This document shows, piece by piece, positions 9,953-19,305 of a DNA stretch of 64,000 nucleotides (positions within the stretch are counted from its first letter, which is position 1; every line of letters begins with the position of its first letter). The stretch spans positions 5,540 through 69,539 of the forward strand of contig CAWDJT010000041.1 of NCBI GenBank assembly GCA_963802715.1, written 5' to 3'. The notes under the pieces were generated by a model. The model worked only from the letters and a program-made list of their open reading frames with translations. It made no database searches and was not told the origin of the DNA. Origin of the DNA: an uncultured delta proteobacterium (GTDB lineage Bacteria > Desulfobacterota > Syntrophobacteria > Syntrophobacterales > Syntrophobacteraceae). The translations under genes and the position numbers were made by a program.

Positions 9953-10768
9953 TTAATATAGGGGCACGAACCCTGCCTCCTTGACGAGCTTTTGGCCTTT
10001 TTGGGGATTCAGCACAAAGTTGATGAAATTCAGAGCATCGCCGGTCGGCCAACCCCGGGTGAACATGAACAAGGGGCGGGCAATGGGAAAGGTGCCATTC
10101 AAAGTGGTTTCGGCATTGCCGGCAATGCTGTTTACCGTCACGGCCTTGACTTTGTCGTTAAGGTAGCCGATGCCCAAGTAGCCGACGGCGAACTTGTTGC
10201 TGGCGATGGCTTGCGCTACCGCGCCGCTGGAAGCCTGGAGCAGGGCCGCCGGAGAGACCCGTTCCTTCTTCATGACCTTTTCTTCCCACACTTCATACGT
10301 TCCGGAAGAAGTGTCCCTGGAAATCACGACGATTTTCAAATCGGGTCCGCCCACTGCCTTCCAGTTGTCGATCTCGCCCTTGTAAATCCCCTTGAGCTGA
10401 TCCATGGTGAGGTTATTGACCGGATTGCTCGGGTGAACCACGGGCACGATACAATCGTAAGCTACCGCGAAGGGCACCGGATAAGCGCCCTTGTCTACCG
10501 CCTGCTTTACTTCCTCGTCCTTGATGAAGCGCGAGCTGTTGGCGATGTCCGTGGTGCCGTCGATGATGGCTTTGATACCATTTCCGGAGCCGCCTCCTGA
10601 AACCGAGATAGACACATCAGGATGTTCTTTCATATAGGCTTCAGCAGCCTTCTGAGCGATGGGCAGCACGGTGGTGGAGCCGTCAGTGCGGAGGTTCCCC
10701 GCCCAAGCTCCACTTGTTGAAGCTATCACCAGGACCAACGCCAACATAGCAAACCAGATTTTCTTCAT
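9953..10768 (-). CDS. pstS: Phosphate-binding protein PstS
   Basis: The internal ATG at 10768 gives the signal peptide MKKIWFAMLALVLVIASTSGAWA, followed by GSTTVLPIAQKAAE...SGGGSGNG, typical of PstS. The longer ORF to 11002 runs through the promoter region. Confidence 0.9.
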   Translation of the reverse strand: MKKIWFAMLALVLVIASTSGAWAGNLRTDGSTTVLPIAQKAAEAYMKEHPDVSISVSGGGSGNGIKAIIDGTTDIANSSRFIKDEEVKQAVDKGAYPVPFAVAYDCIVPVVHPSNPVNNLTMDQLKGIYKGEIDNWKAVGGPDLKIVVISRDTSSGTYEVWEEKVMKKERVSPAALLQASSGAVAQAIASNKFAVGYLGIGYLNDKVKAVTVNSIAGNAETTLNGTFPIARPLFMFTRGWPTGDALNFINFVLNPQKGQKLVKEAGFVPLY

Positions 10769-10823
10769 CGTAATGACCTCCAGTGGAATAATCGTTTTCA
10801 GTGTACAGATTGTTTTTCGTGAC

Positions 10824-10840
10824 GTCACAGAAACGTCACA
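10824..10840 (-). promoter_or_regulatory. Candidate Pho box upstream of pstS
   Basis: The minus strand reads TGTGACgtttcTGTGAC, an exact hexamer direct repeat with an 11-bp period, 56-72 nt upstream of the pstS ATG. Further CTGT-containing half sites (CTGTAAC, CTGTGAT) lie upstream at 10870-10912. Confidence 0.55.
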
Positions 10841-11076
10841 CAGGTTGAAGCGAACCTTATCGCTGCAAATCACAGAAAAATAGTAAGCAGACTTTGTTAC
10901 AGATGTGTGACGGAATAACAAAGATTCGGTGACGTTGGTCGGGGGACAAGCCGCGCACAGGATGTGGAGACTATGTTCAAGCCCCTTGACGATTGCGGCC
11001 AAAGCAGCAGTGCGTTGCCGGGCGATAACTTCTGCCGCCGTGTACCAATGGGAAGGCTGTGATCAAAGGAGGGAAA

Positions 11077-11153
11077 TGGTGGCGGTGCAGGGACTTGAAC
11101 CCCGGACTCTGCGGATATGAGCCGCATGCTCTAACCAACTGAGCTACACCGCC
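11077..11153 (-). tRNA. tRNA with CAT anticodon (elongator Met, or Ile2 if lysidine-modified)
   Basis: Reverse complement GGCGGTGTAGCTCAGTTGGTTAGAGCATGCGGCTCATATCCGCAGAGTCCGGGGTTCAAGTCCCTGCACCGCCACCA folds as a cloverleaf. The anticodon loop is CTCATAT. The G1-C72 pair argues against an initiator. CCA is encoded. Confidence 0.85.
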
Positions 11154-11177
11154 ATCCCATGGAACAAGAGACCACCA

Positions 11178-11206
11178 CTTATATGTGGGGCTGTTGGCTT
11201 TGTCAA
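11178..11206 (-). promoter_or_regulatory. Sigma70-type promoter for the tRNA(CAT) gene
   Basis: The minus strand reads TTGACA-N17-TATAAG, ending 24 nt upstream of the mature tRNA 5' end. Confidence 0.5.
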
Positions 11207-11422
11207 CCGAAAAACTGCCCTAACCTGTTGTGTGGCCTGGGTCCGGAAGCGACACCCGCTTCCAGCCTGGGTTCAACGGGGAATGCGATTGACAAGCCTT
11301 GAACTTTCAGGTTAAGGTTTTCAACTCTTTGATGTGAAGGGCTTTTCTGCCGCAGCTTGGTCGGCCGCAAGTCATGGTGGCCGCGATACCTGACCGAGAC
11401 TCTTGCAGGACCTGCAAATTTT

Positions 11423-11514
11423 GTCACCCTGGCACGAGCTGGTGTCCAGAAGATATTCAAGAGACTGGATTCCGTCCTGTCCCGCCTTGCAGGACAGGAT
11501 CCCCCAGAATGACG
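11423..11514 (+). repeat. Palindromic intergenic repeat, family B (GTCA..GC-hairpin..TCCAG / CTGGATTCC..GC-hairpin..AATGACG)
   Basis: GTCACCCTGGCACGAGCTGGTGTCCAG...CTGGATTCCGTCCTGTCCCGCCTTGCAGGACAGGATCCCCCAGAATGACG. Related copies lie at 30142-30217 and 31494-31566. The spurious ORFs 11203-11586 and 11374-11604 read through it. Confidence 0.7.
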
Positions 11515-11584
11515 CCGAGGGACTTTTGCAGGAAGCTGAACTATCTTCGAAATTGCTTCAAAAGGAACCACAGGAGCCGCGAGC

Positions 11585-11887
11585 ATGCAATGTCCCCACT
11601 GTGACCAACCTTTGAGTGAACAGACCTGTCCCCATTGTGATGCCGGTCTGCTGGATACCGGTCCCTACTGTAGTTACTGTGGAAAGCGCCGGGCAGGGAC
11701 GCATCCAGCCGACGACGAATCCAGCGCGGCCATTGACACGGAAAAGTCCTCCGCAACAGGCGATGCCGAAAGCGTTGATTGGGATCAGCGGATTCTTTGC
11801 AGTGACGGCAACTGCATTGGGGTCATCGGGCCTGACGGACGCTGCAAGGAATGCGGCAAACCCCTTCCAGAGGAATCGTCGGAATAA
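11585..11887 (+). CDS. Zinc-ribbon domain protein
   Basis: 100 aa with CPHC-x10-CPHC, CSYC and C-x4-C...CKEC cysteine pairs separated by an acidic linker. Confidence 0.55.
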   Translation: MQCPHCDQPLSEQTCPHCDAGLLDTGPYCSYCGKRRAGTHPADDESSAAIDTEKSSATGDAESVDWDQRILCSDGNCIGVIGPDGRCKECGKPLPEESSE

Positions 11888-11901
11888 TGGGAGGATACGC
11901 C

Positions 11902-12295
11902 ATGCCCCGAGCCTAGCTACGAAGTCAAGATCATTACGGATTTTGCGGCCGCTCACAACCTCAGGAATTTTCGCGGTAAGTGCGAAAACCTTCATGGTCA
12001 TAATTGGAAGGTGGAAGTGGTGTTACGGGGTGATCGCCTTGATGACAGCGGTGTGTTGATGGATTTTGGCGAGGTCAAACAGGCTACCCGAGAGATCCTG
12101 GCGGAATTGGATCACCACTATTTGAATGACCTGCCTTACTTCAGGGAACGCAATCCCTCCTCGGAATACATTGCGCAATACCTGTTCGAACGTCTGAGCG
12201 AGCGGCTCAATAGTGATTACTGCCGCATTTACACAGTATCGGCATGGGAATCGGCCAGTTCCTGTGCCACCTATTTCGGAGAGAACCTCGGATGA
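11902..12295 (+). CDS. queD: 6-carboxy-5,6,7,8-tetrahydropterin synthase QueD; 1-nt frame disruption at the start
   Basis: The frame from 11909 reads EPSYEVKIITDFAAAHNLRNFRGKCENLHGHNWKVEVVLRGD...DHHYLND.... The ATG at 11902, preceded by GGGAGGA, is out of frame by one base within the CCCC run at 11905-11908. Removing one C gives MPEPSYEVKI.... Confidence 0.85.
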
Positions 12296-12316
12296 ACCCG
12301 AGAAGGAGCGCCCATC

Positions 12317-13546
12317 ATGCAGTTTCCCAACGCTAGAGCATTGCCTGCGATTCAAGCCGAGCCAAGGATGAGCATCGGGCCAAGGATCTATCGTGTTCCC
12401 TTGAAGCTGCTATTGACCATGATGGCGCTTTGCATTTTGGTCGGGGCGAGCGCCACACCTGGGTGGGCCCTCCAGCGGCATACTCTCCCCGGCCAGTCAA
12501 TTGGGCCCGATCTATCCCATGGTTCGGCTCAGGATCAACCGGCAGGGACCCCACCAACCCCCGTGGTGCAGGATCGAGCCGTAAAGACCCCAGAGCCCGG
12601 ACCGGCTGCCGGGCATGGAGGCCCTGCTCCCGCACCTGGCTCCTCGGCTCATCCAGCACCCGCTGCGGTGCCACAGCTCCCCGGTGCCAAAGGCGAGAAA
12701 CCGGAGGCCCACATCCCCGGCAAGGAGGCCGCCCACGGCCCGGGAGCGGGCAAGGACGCCCATGTCGAACACGGTGTCAAACTCCCGGAGATCTCCCCGA
12801 TCCCTGGTGTTACCTTTGTGGAAACCATGATCAAACTCATGGAATATGAACTCCACGGCCGTGTCCTCGGATGGCGCCCCAACGATTTGGTTGTTGGCCG
12901 ATTTACGGACGATATCAACAACTACCAGTTGGGAGTGCTGGAAGCCATCCGTTTCACCACTTTTCGTCTCAAAGACAGCCTGACACGCATGGGGGATGCG
13001 GATTCCTACGACCGGGACCTGGAGGCCGCCCTGAACCTGTTCATGAATCGCGCCACCCGTTTCTGGTTTCCATCAGCAGAAAGTTCCTACGACGAGGCAA
13101 TTGAGCATCTCCGGAAGTTTGTCCCCAAGCTCCAAACCGGTCAGCGTACTTTTTACTACCGGGTCGACAATCTGCGCTCGCTGATCAGCGTCTATAAGGA
13201 CTTGCTGGGAAATATCAACCGGACCCTGATCATGTCCACGCATGCCGATGGCACCCCGGTCAGCTGGTTTGAGGTGGACGATTATTTCTATTACGCCAAA
13301 GGGGTGGCGCACGTGATCTTTGAAGTTCTGAAGGTGGTGCGTGTGGGCTTCAAATCGCCGCTGGAAACCATCCGGGCCAATGAGATGATGGATGAAGTCC
13401 TGCACGAATTGCATCGAATCGAGCTGATGAATCCTTGGATGATCCTGGACGGCACTCTGGATGGAATGACCGCCAACCATCGGGCCAATCTCAATGCCCC
13501 GCTCAGTGAGGTGACCCACCTGCTTACCGTGATGTCCCAATTGTAG
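12317..13546 (+). CDS. Membrane-anchored protein with a Pro/Ala-rich linker and a DUF2333-like C-terminal domain
   Basis: 409 aa. TM/signal segment LKLLLTMMALCILVGASA, a low-complexity P/A/G region of about 100 aa, then LGWRPNDLVVGRFTDDINNYQLGVLEAIRFTTFRLKDSL, which resembles my recollection of the DUF2333 core. Confidence 0.5.
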   Translation: MQFPNARALPAIQAEPRMSIGPRIYRVPLKLLLTMMALCILVGASATPGWALQRHTLPGQSIGPDLSHGSAQDQPAGTPPTPVVQDRAVKTPEPGPAAGHGGPAPAPGSSAHPAPAAVPQLPGAKGEKPEAHIPGKEAAHGPGAGKDAHVEHGVKLPEISPIPGVTFVETMIKLMEYELHGRVLGWRPNDLVVGRFTDDINNYQLGVLEAIRFTTFRLKDSLTRMGDADSYDRDLEAALNLFMNRATRFWFPSAESSYDEAIEHLRKFVPKLQTGQRTFYYRVDNLRSLISVYKDLLGNINRTLIMSTHADGTPVSWFEVDDYFYYAKGVAHVIFEVLKVVRVGFKSPLETIRANEMMDEVLHELHRIELMNPWMILDGTLDGMTANHRANLNAPLSEVTHLLTVMSQL

Positions 13547-13650
13547 CAGGCCGGCAGGAATGTCCACCTTTGCAGGCATGGCCCTGAAGGAACAGCGGGT
13601 GTTGCTCAATCTGGGTTTTGCCGCCTATCCACCGCCTATCCTAGACCGCC

Positions 13651-14316
13651 CTAGCCAAGGATAGCGGCCAGCGCCTCCAAGTGGTCGGCGTGTACCACGG
13701 CCAGAACCTCGTCATCAGCTTGAAGCACGGTGTTTCCATGGGGTATGATGAGTTGGCCGTTACGTAGAATGGCTGTCAGTAAACACTCCGAAGGAAAGAG
13801 CAGCGAGCTGACGGCTCTCCCGGCGGCAGGCGCCTGTGGACGGATCTTCAATTCCACCAGTGAATACTGCCCCTGGTGCAACTTGAGAAGGGTAAACATC
13901 TCTCCGATGGAGATTTCTTCCGCAATCAGATGCGCCATGAAATCCACCTGATTGACAGCCGCATCCACTCCCATTTCGGCTGTGAACATCCATGCATTCT
14001 CAGGATTCTTGACCCGGGCAACAGTCCGTGGCACCTGGAATCCAAACCGCGCCAGATTGGTCACGACCAGATTCGTCTCATCGGTCCCGGTGACGGCGGC
14101 CACAACGTCTGCATGCCGGATGCCGGCCGCCTCCAGGGTGGCCAGGTCAGTGCCGCTTCCTGGTACCACCACTTCGGCCGACAATTGACGTTGTAGGGCA
14201 GGGATTCTTTCCGGGATCATTTCGATGAGTCTCACCCAGTTGCCGTCACCGTGGAGCAGCGACGCCAAATAGGTGCCGATCCGTCCACCCCCTACGATGA
14301 TCATCCTCTTGTTCAT
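13651..14316 (-). CDS. trkA: TrkA/RCK-family (KTN NAD-binding plus TrkA-C) protein
   Basis: MNKRMIIVGGGRIGTYLA Rossmann motif and a C-terminal TrkA-C segment. The start could be 14316 or 14340 (the ORF extends to 14340 and overlaps the upstream trkA-like stop). Confidence 0.8.
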   Translation of the reverse strand: MNKRMIIVGGGRIGTYLASLLHGDGNWVRLIEMIPERIPALQRQLSAEVVVPGSGTDLATLEAAGIRHADVVAAVTGTDETNLVVTNLARFGFQVPRTVARVKNPENAWMFTAEMGVDAAVNQVDFMAHLIAEEISIGEMFTLLKLHQGQYSLVELKIRPQAPAAGRAVSSLLFPSECLLTAILRNGQLIIPHGNTVLQADDEVLAVVHADHLEALAAILG

Positions 14317-14332
14317 GGCCGGCTCCCTCCTC

Positions 14333-14983
14333 CTAAACAAGTCCCAGCAAGGTCTTGAGACGTCCCGCGGCGCTTGCCAGCACCACCAGGTGCAAGTGAT
14401 CTCCCTCGCGCATTAGAGTCCCCGAGGTGGGAACAAAGGCCCGGCCGTCGCGAGTGATGGCGGCCGCTTGGATTTCATTGGGAACCGTCAGTTCCTGTAC
14501 AGAGCGATTGTCCAGAGCATGAGGTATTCTCATTTCAATCAGATCCACTTCTCCGCCACCAAAGCTTCGGACCACTTGCAGTTCAGAATAGCACAACAAC
14601 TCGGTAACGCGTTGTACCCCCCAGGCCATCGGCGTGACGGTACGGATTCCCAAACAGTGATAGATCTCGGCTCGATGCGGATCATTGAGGCGCGCCACGA
14701 CCTGCGGGACATGAAACACCCGGATGGCAAGTCGAGCACCGATGATGTTGGTCTCATCATCGGCGGTTACCGCTGCCAAGCCGTCGCTCCGATCAACGCC
14801 CGCAGCCAGCAGGACTTCCCGGTGGAAGCAGGAGCCCACTATGGTCTGGCCTTTGAAATCCGGCCCCAACCGCTCGAAAGCCCGTGGGTTCTGATCCACC
14901 ATGGTCACCGCATGCCGCCCCAGACTGAGTGCTTTAGCCAGGGCCGCTCCCCAACGGCCACATCCGACCACGATGATACGCAT
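14333..14983 (-). CDS. trkA: TrkA/RCK-family (KTN NAD-binding plus TrkA-C) protein
   Basis: 216 aa. MRIIVVGCGRWGAALAKAL Rossmann motif and a TrkA-C-like C-terminus. Lies 37 nt downstream of the P-type ATPase. Confidence 0.8.
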   Translation of the reverse strand: MRIIVVGCGRWGAALAKALSLGRHAVTMVDQNPRAFERLGPDFKGQTIVGSCFHREVLLAAGVDRSDGLAAVTADDETNIIGARLAIRVFHVPQVVARLNDPHRAEIYHCLGIRTVTPMAWGVQRVTELLCYSELQVVRSFGGGEVDLIEMRIPHALDNRSVQELTVPNEIQAAAITRDGRAFVPTSGTLMREGDHLHLVVLASAAGRLKTLLGLV

Positions 14984-15020
14984 ATTCAGCCTCCATGGAT
15001 GATTCTGCTATGGTTGTGCT

Positions 15021-17969
15021 TCAACGCCGCCATTTGCGCACAATGGCCTTCCTCAATTCATCCGCAATCAACAGAGTCGGGGTCAATGCCAGGAGCAAAA
15101 ACCAGTATCGATAAGGCAACCCTGCCGTGCCGAACACCCACTGCAAAGCCGGTAAGGTGACGATGGCGCCCACGACGCCGGTCCCCGTTACCACTCCCAC
15201 CCATACCAGCCGATTGCTAAACAGACCAACCCGCAGCAAGGATGCTCTCTCGGTCCTTTGGGCCAAGAGGTTGCCCATCTGGGTCATCACCACCGCCCCC
15301 AGGGTCATGGCCGTGGCCATCTGGTACAATGGGCCACTTGCCGGCAAGGCCAGCCACTTGCCCCAATATCCCTGGCTCCAGTAGCAGAAGAAAAACGCCC
15401 CCATGGCCAGACTTGCTTGAATCGGTCCTAGAAACAGAAACGCTCGTGCCAACATGGGGCCGGTAACCACATGCTCTTTGAGGCTGCGTGGAGGTCTATC
15501 CATGATTCCCGGCTCCGGCGGTTCCGCGCCCAGAGCCAGTGAGGGCACGATGTCCGCTCCCAGGTCCACCGACAGAACCTGCATCACATTGAGTGCCAAG
15601 GGGATGCGTCCGCCGCTGAAGGCAAACACGATAAAAGGGACCGCTTCGGTGAAATTGCTGGTGAAAATCAGAGTCATAAACTTCTTGATGTTGGCGTAGA
15701 CGGCACGTCCTTCTTCAATGGCATTCACGATGGAGGCGAAGTTGTCATCAGCCAGAATCATGTCGGCCGCTTCCTTGGCCACATCAGTACCGGCAAGCCC
15801 CATGGCGACACCAATGTTGGCTCTCTTCAGGGCCGGGGCGTCATTGACCCCATCGCCCGTCACTGCCACCACGTGGCCCATGTCCTGGAGCACTTTGACC
15901 ACACGCAGCTTGTGCTCCGGTGTGACCCGTGCAAACAGGACCTCATCGGCGAGCTGCTCCTTTAAGGTCTCATCGCTCAGATTATCCAAGTCGGCGGCAG
16001 TGATGATGCGGGGTTGCTGCCCGGCTCGGAGAATGCCGATGCGCCGGGCGACGTTTTCGGCGGTTAGACCGTAATCGCCGGTGATCATGATAATGCGAAT
16101 TCCGGCGCTATGGCACTTCCGCACCGCTTCGGCGACTTCCGGTCGCGGGGGGTCGTGAAGCGCAATGAGTCCCCAAAAGGTGAGATCCTGTTCGATGTCG
16201 TCGTCTGTTTTTCTCAACATCCCAAACCGGTGCCGGTCACCCGCTTGGGGACCCGGCTGATCGGCGGAAAGGTCCCGTTCTGCCACGGCCAACACTCGCA
16301 GACCGGCACGGGAATAGTCATCAACGATCTGTGCAAGGTTTTGCCGCTCGGCCTCATCGAGGAGAACTTCGCGTCCATCGTGCCGGATGTGGGTACACAA
16401 CGCCAAAACCTCGGTGGGTGCTCCTTTGACATAGGCCCGGAGCGTAAAAGGAGCACCGGTGGCATCTTTCTTCGCCCTTTGACCACAAGATCGGGCCCGT
16501 GGAAGTGTCACGGAAGCTGATTCCGCTGTGATTCTCGGCCTGACTACCTGATGAATCGTGGTCATCCGGCGGCGTCGGGAATCGAAGGGGTATTCCTGCA
16601 AACGGCGGCTACGCAGGACTTCGTCCTCCAGGTCAAGGCCGGCTTTGCGCGCTGCCGTCAAGATCGCGGCTTCAGTGGGATCGCCGAGGATGCTCCAGCG
16701 TTCCGGTTCGGGTCCGGTACCTGGAGGGACCAGCCGAGCATTGTTACAGAGCCCCGCTGCCCTCAGCAATTCCTGAAGGTCCACCGGCAAAGGTGCAGCA
16801 GCCGGTTGCCCCACTTCGACAATTTGTCCCTCGGGAAGATAGCCCACGCCACTCACCGCGAAACGGCGCCCGGCGACCCAGAGGTGACGCACCGTCATTT
16901 CGTTTTGGGTGAGCGTCCCGGTTTTGTCGGTGCAGATCACCGTGGTGCATCCCAGAGTCTCCACCGCCGACAACCGTTTGATCAGCGCATGGCGCCGCGC
17001 CATCCGCTGTACCCCCATGGCCAAGGATAGGGTCACGGTCGGCAACATTCCTTCCGGTACGAAGGCGACGATCATCCCAACAGCAAACAGAAAGCTGCCG
17101 GTTGGATCAATTCCGGCAAGACCCACAGCCAGCGCGAAAAAGACCGCTCCAAAAGCGACTGCGATAGCGGTCACCACTTTGGTCACTACTTTCAGTTCTC
17201 GTTGCAGCGGGCTTTCTTCTTCCTTGATGGTCTGGGTCAGTTGGGCAATCTTGCCGAATTCCGTGGCCATGCCGGTGGCGTACACCACCGCTCTACCAGT
17301 CCCAGCGGTGACGCTGGTACCGGCAAACACCAGATTCGGAATGTCGGCGCGCGATTGCCACGGCTCCGGGAAAGCATCGCTGGTTTTTGGAAGTGGGTGC
17401 GGCTCACCGGTAAATGTGGATTGATCCACTCGCAGTTCGGCTTCCCGGACCAGGCGGGCGTCCGCGGAAATCCGGTCGCCTTCACCCAGCAGGATCACAT
17501 CCCCAGGGACCAAATCTTCCGCCGGGATTTGTCTTTCCTGACCATCGCGAAGCACCCTGGCGTAAGATGGCATCAGCTGCTGGAGGGCTTCGGTCGCTTT
17601 TTCCGCCCGGTATTCCTGCCAGAAGCTGAAAAGCCCATTGATCACGTTCACCATCCACACCGCCGCCGCCAGCTGTGGCGTTTGTGCGATCCAGGCCAGG
17701 GCTCCGCCAACCCAGAGGAGCCATGCCATGAGGTGCGTGAAGTTGGCCAGGAACTTCCGCCAAATGGATACGGTTACTTGCCGACGGATCCGATTATCGC
17801 CATAGCGCTGCAACCGGTCCTGGACTTCCTCTACTGTCAGTCCCTGGGGTTTGGTTCCCAGCCTTGTATAGACTTCGGCAACCGATAGCGCGTGGATGTC
17901 AACGCCGGGTTCTTTCTCGGATGCCAAGTCTGCCTTGCTCTGGGTTCTCTGCGGGAAACGCACGGTCAT
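15021..17969 (-). CDS. Cation-translocating P-type ATPase (type II-like)
   Basis: Intact 982-aa ORF. Cation_ATPase_N start, TGE-type actuator region (TGEPHP), PEGMLP, phosphorylation site ICTDKTGTLTQNEM, hinge VTGDGVNDAPALK, and a 10-TM-type C-terminus. Confidence 0.9.
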   Translation of the reverse strand: MTVRFPQRTQSKADLASEKEPGVDIHALSVAEVYTRLGTKPQGLTVEEVQDRLQRYGDNRIRRQVTVSIWRKFLANFTHLMAWLLWVGGALAWIAQTPQLAAAVWMVNVINGLFSFWQEYRAEKATEALQQLMPSYARVLRDGQERQIPAEDLVPGDVILLGEGDRISADARLVREAELRVDQSTFTGEPHPLPKTSDAFPEPWQSRADIPNLVFAGTSVTAGTGRAVVYATGMATEFGKIAQLTQTIKEEESPLQRELKVVTKVVTAIAVAFGAVFFALAVGLAGIDPTGSFLFAVGMIVAFVPEGMLPTVTLSLAMGVQRMARRHALIKRLSAVETLGCTTVICTDKTGTLTQNEMTVRHLWVAGRRFAVSGVGYLPEGQIVEVGQPAAAPLPVDLQELLRAAGLCNNARLVPPGTGPEPERWSILGDPTEAAILTAARKAGLDLEDEVLRSRRLQEYPFDSRRRRMTTIHQVVRPRITAESASVTLPRARSCGQRAKKDATGAPFTLRAYVKGAPTEVLALCTHIRHDGREVLLDEAERQNLAQIVDDYSRAGLRVLAVAERDLSADQPGPQAGDRHRFGMLRKTDDDIEQDLTFWGLIALHDPPRPEVAEAVRKCHSAGIRIIMITGDYGLTAENVARRIGILRAGQQPRIITAADLDNLSDETLKEQLADEVLFARVTPEHKLRVVKVLQDMGHVVAVTGDGVNDAPALKRANIGVAMGLAGTDVAKEAADMILADDNFASIVNAIEEGRAVYANIKKFMTLIFTSNFTEAVPFIVFAFSGGRIPLALNVMQVLSVDLGADIVPSLALGAEPPEPGIMDRPPRSLKEHVVTGPMLARAFLFLGPIQASLAMGAFFFCYWSQGYWGKWLALPASGPLYQMATAMTLGAVVMTQMGNLLAQRTERASLLRVGLFSNRLVWVGVVTGTGVVGAIVTLPALQWVFGTAGLPYRYWFLLLALTPTLLIADELRKAIVRKWRR

Positions 17970-18117
17970 ACCTGCTCTTCACCAACCCCCAACCGACCTG
18001 TTTCAAGTCATCGCAAAAAATGATGGTCCGAAGCAACCGCTGAGGTTATGCTATGCTGATTTTTCCGAGGAAACCTACACAGACCGCCAACCCTACACGA
18101 GGGAGCAGACTTCCGGC

Positions 18118-19062
18118 ATGCCCACAGCCAATGCTTCACCCTATAATGGAAACGCAACCCTGGCTTCCCCCGGGACCTGGAACCAGGAGCAACTACTCCA
18201 GAGCCTCACAGACCATCTGAATCAACTCATCACCGCGAGTTCATCCAGTCTGCCCGCCAACCGCTTGCTGCTGCAGCTTCGTCAGGACACCATTTTCCAG
18301 GATACCTTCAAGCGCTGGCAGACAATGGGCAGCACCGAACGGTTGGACTCCTGGAGAAACCTCCTGGAATGCGCCGGCAAGCATGCCCGGGAAGCCCTGC
18401 CTTACTGCGTCAGGTGCGGTGAGTGCTGCCGTCAGAGCAGCCCGACGCTGCACCTGGAAGATCTGGAATTGCTTCAGCAAGATGGGATCCCCTGGAATCA
18501 GTTGGTGACCTTACGACGCGGCGAGCCCGTACGATCCCCCTTTGAAGAACAGGTGTTCCACCTATTGGATGAACGGATCAAGATCCGTGAGAAGCCCGGT
18601 TCTCAAGAATGTGTCTTCCTGGGAGACCAAGGGGATTCCTGCCTGATCTACGAGAACCGTCCCCTGCAATGCCGCGCTCAGGCCTGCTGGGATGAAGAGC
18701 CGGCCAAGCAATTGAACAAACAACCCTACCTCACCCGCCGTGACATCTTTCAGAGTGTCGAGCTGCTTCTGAAACTCATCACTGAACACGACCGGCGCTG
18801 TTCCTTCGACCAGATCAACAAGGCATTTCTGCAATTGCAGGCCGATTATGGCGAAAGCATCGATACCGTGCTTGGATTGTTAGAGTATGAGGACCATTTT
18901 CGGCATTTTCTGGCTGAGCAGCTCAAGATCCCCGCGGACAATCTGGAACTGATCTTCGGCAGGAGCCATGCTCAGCTCGTTGCCCTGTTCGGTTTTCGGG
19001 TTGAACAGGAACCCGACGGTACCCGGCGACTGGTGCTCGATGAAATGAACGAGAAAGGGTAA
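18118..19062 (+). CDS. YkgJ-family (UPF0153) cysteine-cluster protein with a C-terminal extension
   Basis: CVRCGECCRQSSP...ECVFLGDQGDSCLIYENRPLQCRAQACW is the CxxCxxCC zinc/iron-chelating signature. The ATG at 18118 has a GAGGGAG RBS. The longer ORF from 17896 overlaps the ATPase start. Confidence 0.7.
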   Translation: MPTANASPYNGNATLASPGTWNQEQLLQSLTDHLNQLITASSSSLPANRLLLQLRQDTIFQDTFKRWQTMGSTERLDSWRNLLECAGKHAREALPYCVRCGECCRQSSPTLHLEDLELLQQDGIPWNQLVTLRRGEPVRSPFEEQVFHLLDERIKIREKPGSQECVFLGDQGDSCLIYENRPLQCRAQACWDEEPAKQLNKQPYLTRRDIFQSVELLLKLITEHDRRCSFDQINKAFLQLQADYGESIDTVLGLLEYEDHFRHFLAEQLKIPADNLELIFGRSHAQLVALFGFRVEQEPDGTRRLVLDEMNEKG

Positions 19063-19192
19063 GGGCGAGAGCGCATGAAAGAGTGGGGTTGACCGATTTT
19101 GGGGCAGGCTGAAACCCCAGCCAAACGAGACCTGCCCTGGCCTGCCGACATCTTCCACTCGTGTCCCCAGTACATGTCGGTAGAAGTTACCC

Positions 19193-19250
19193 CCAGTTCC
19201 TCCCCTGCCCCTCCCGCCAAAGGAGGGGAGGTCTAGAAACTGGTTACGGA
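19193..19250 (+). repeat. Short palindromic intergenic repeat, family D
   Basis: CCAGTTCCTCCCCTGCCCCTCCCGCCAAAGGAGGGGAGGTCTAGAAACTGGTTACGGA. A related copy lies at 34808-34853 (CCAGTTCCATCCCCTTGATGGGGGAGGCCCAGAAACTGGTAACGGA), and a partial copy (GGGGAGGGGTCTAGA) near 29930. Confidence 0.6.
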
Positions 19251-19305
19251 TTATCACCATGAACCAGACTGGAGTCCGGTGTCGTGGCTCCATCCTGCAG
19301 CTTCC

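Noticed and set aside
11077-11153. Calling the CAT-anticodon tRNA the initiator tRNA-fMet.
   Set aside because: The acceptor stem has a normal G1-C72 pair and the anticodon stem lacks the three consecutive G-C pairs of bacterial initiators. Whether it is elongator Met or Ile2 cannot be decided from sequence alone.
11203-11604. ORFs 11203-11586(-), 11374-11604(+) and 11403-11615(+) as genes between tRNA-Met and the zinc-ribbon gene.
   Set aside because: They translate a family B palindromic repeat and flanking spacer, with no RBS or motif.
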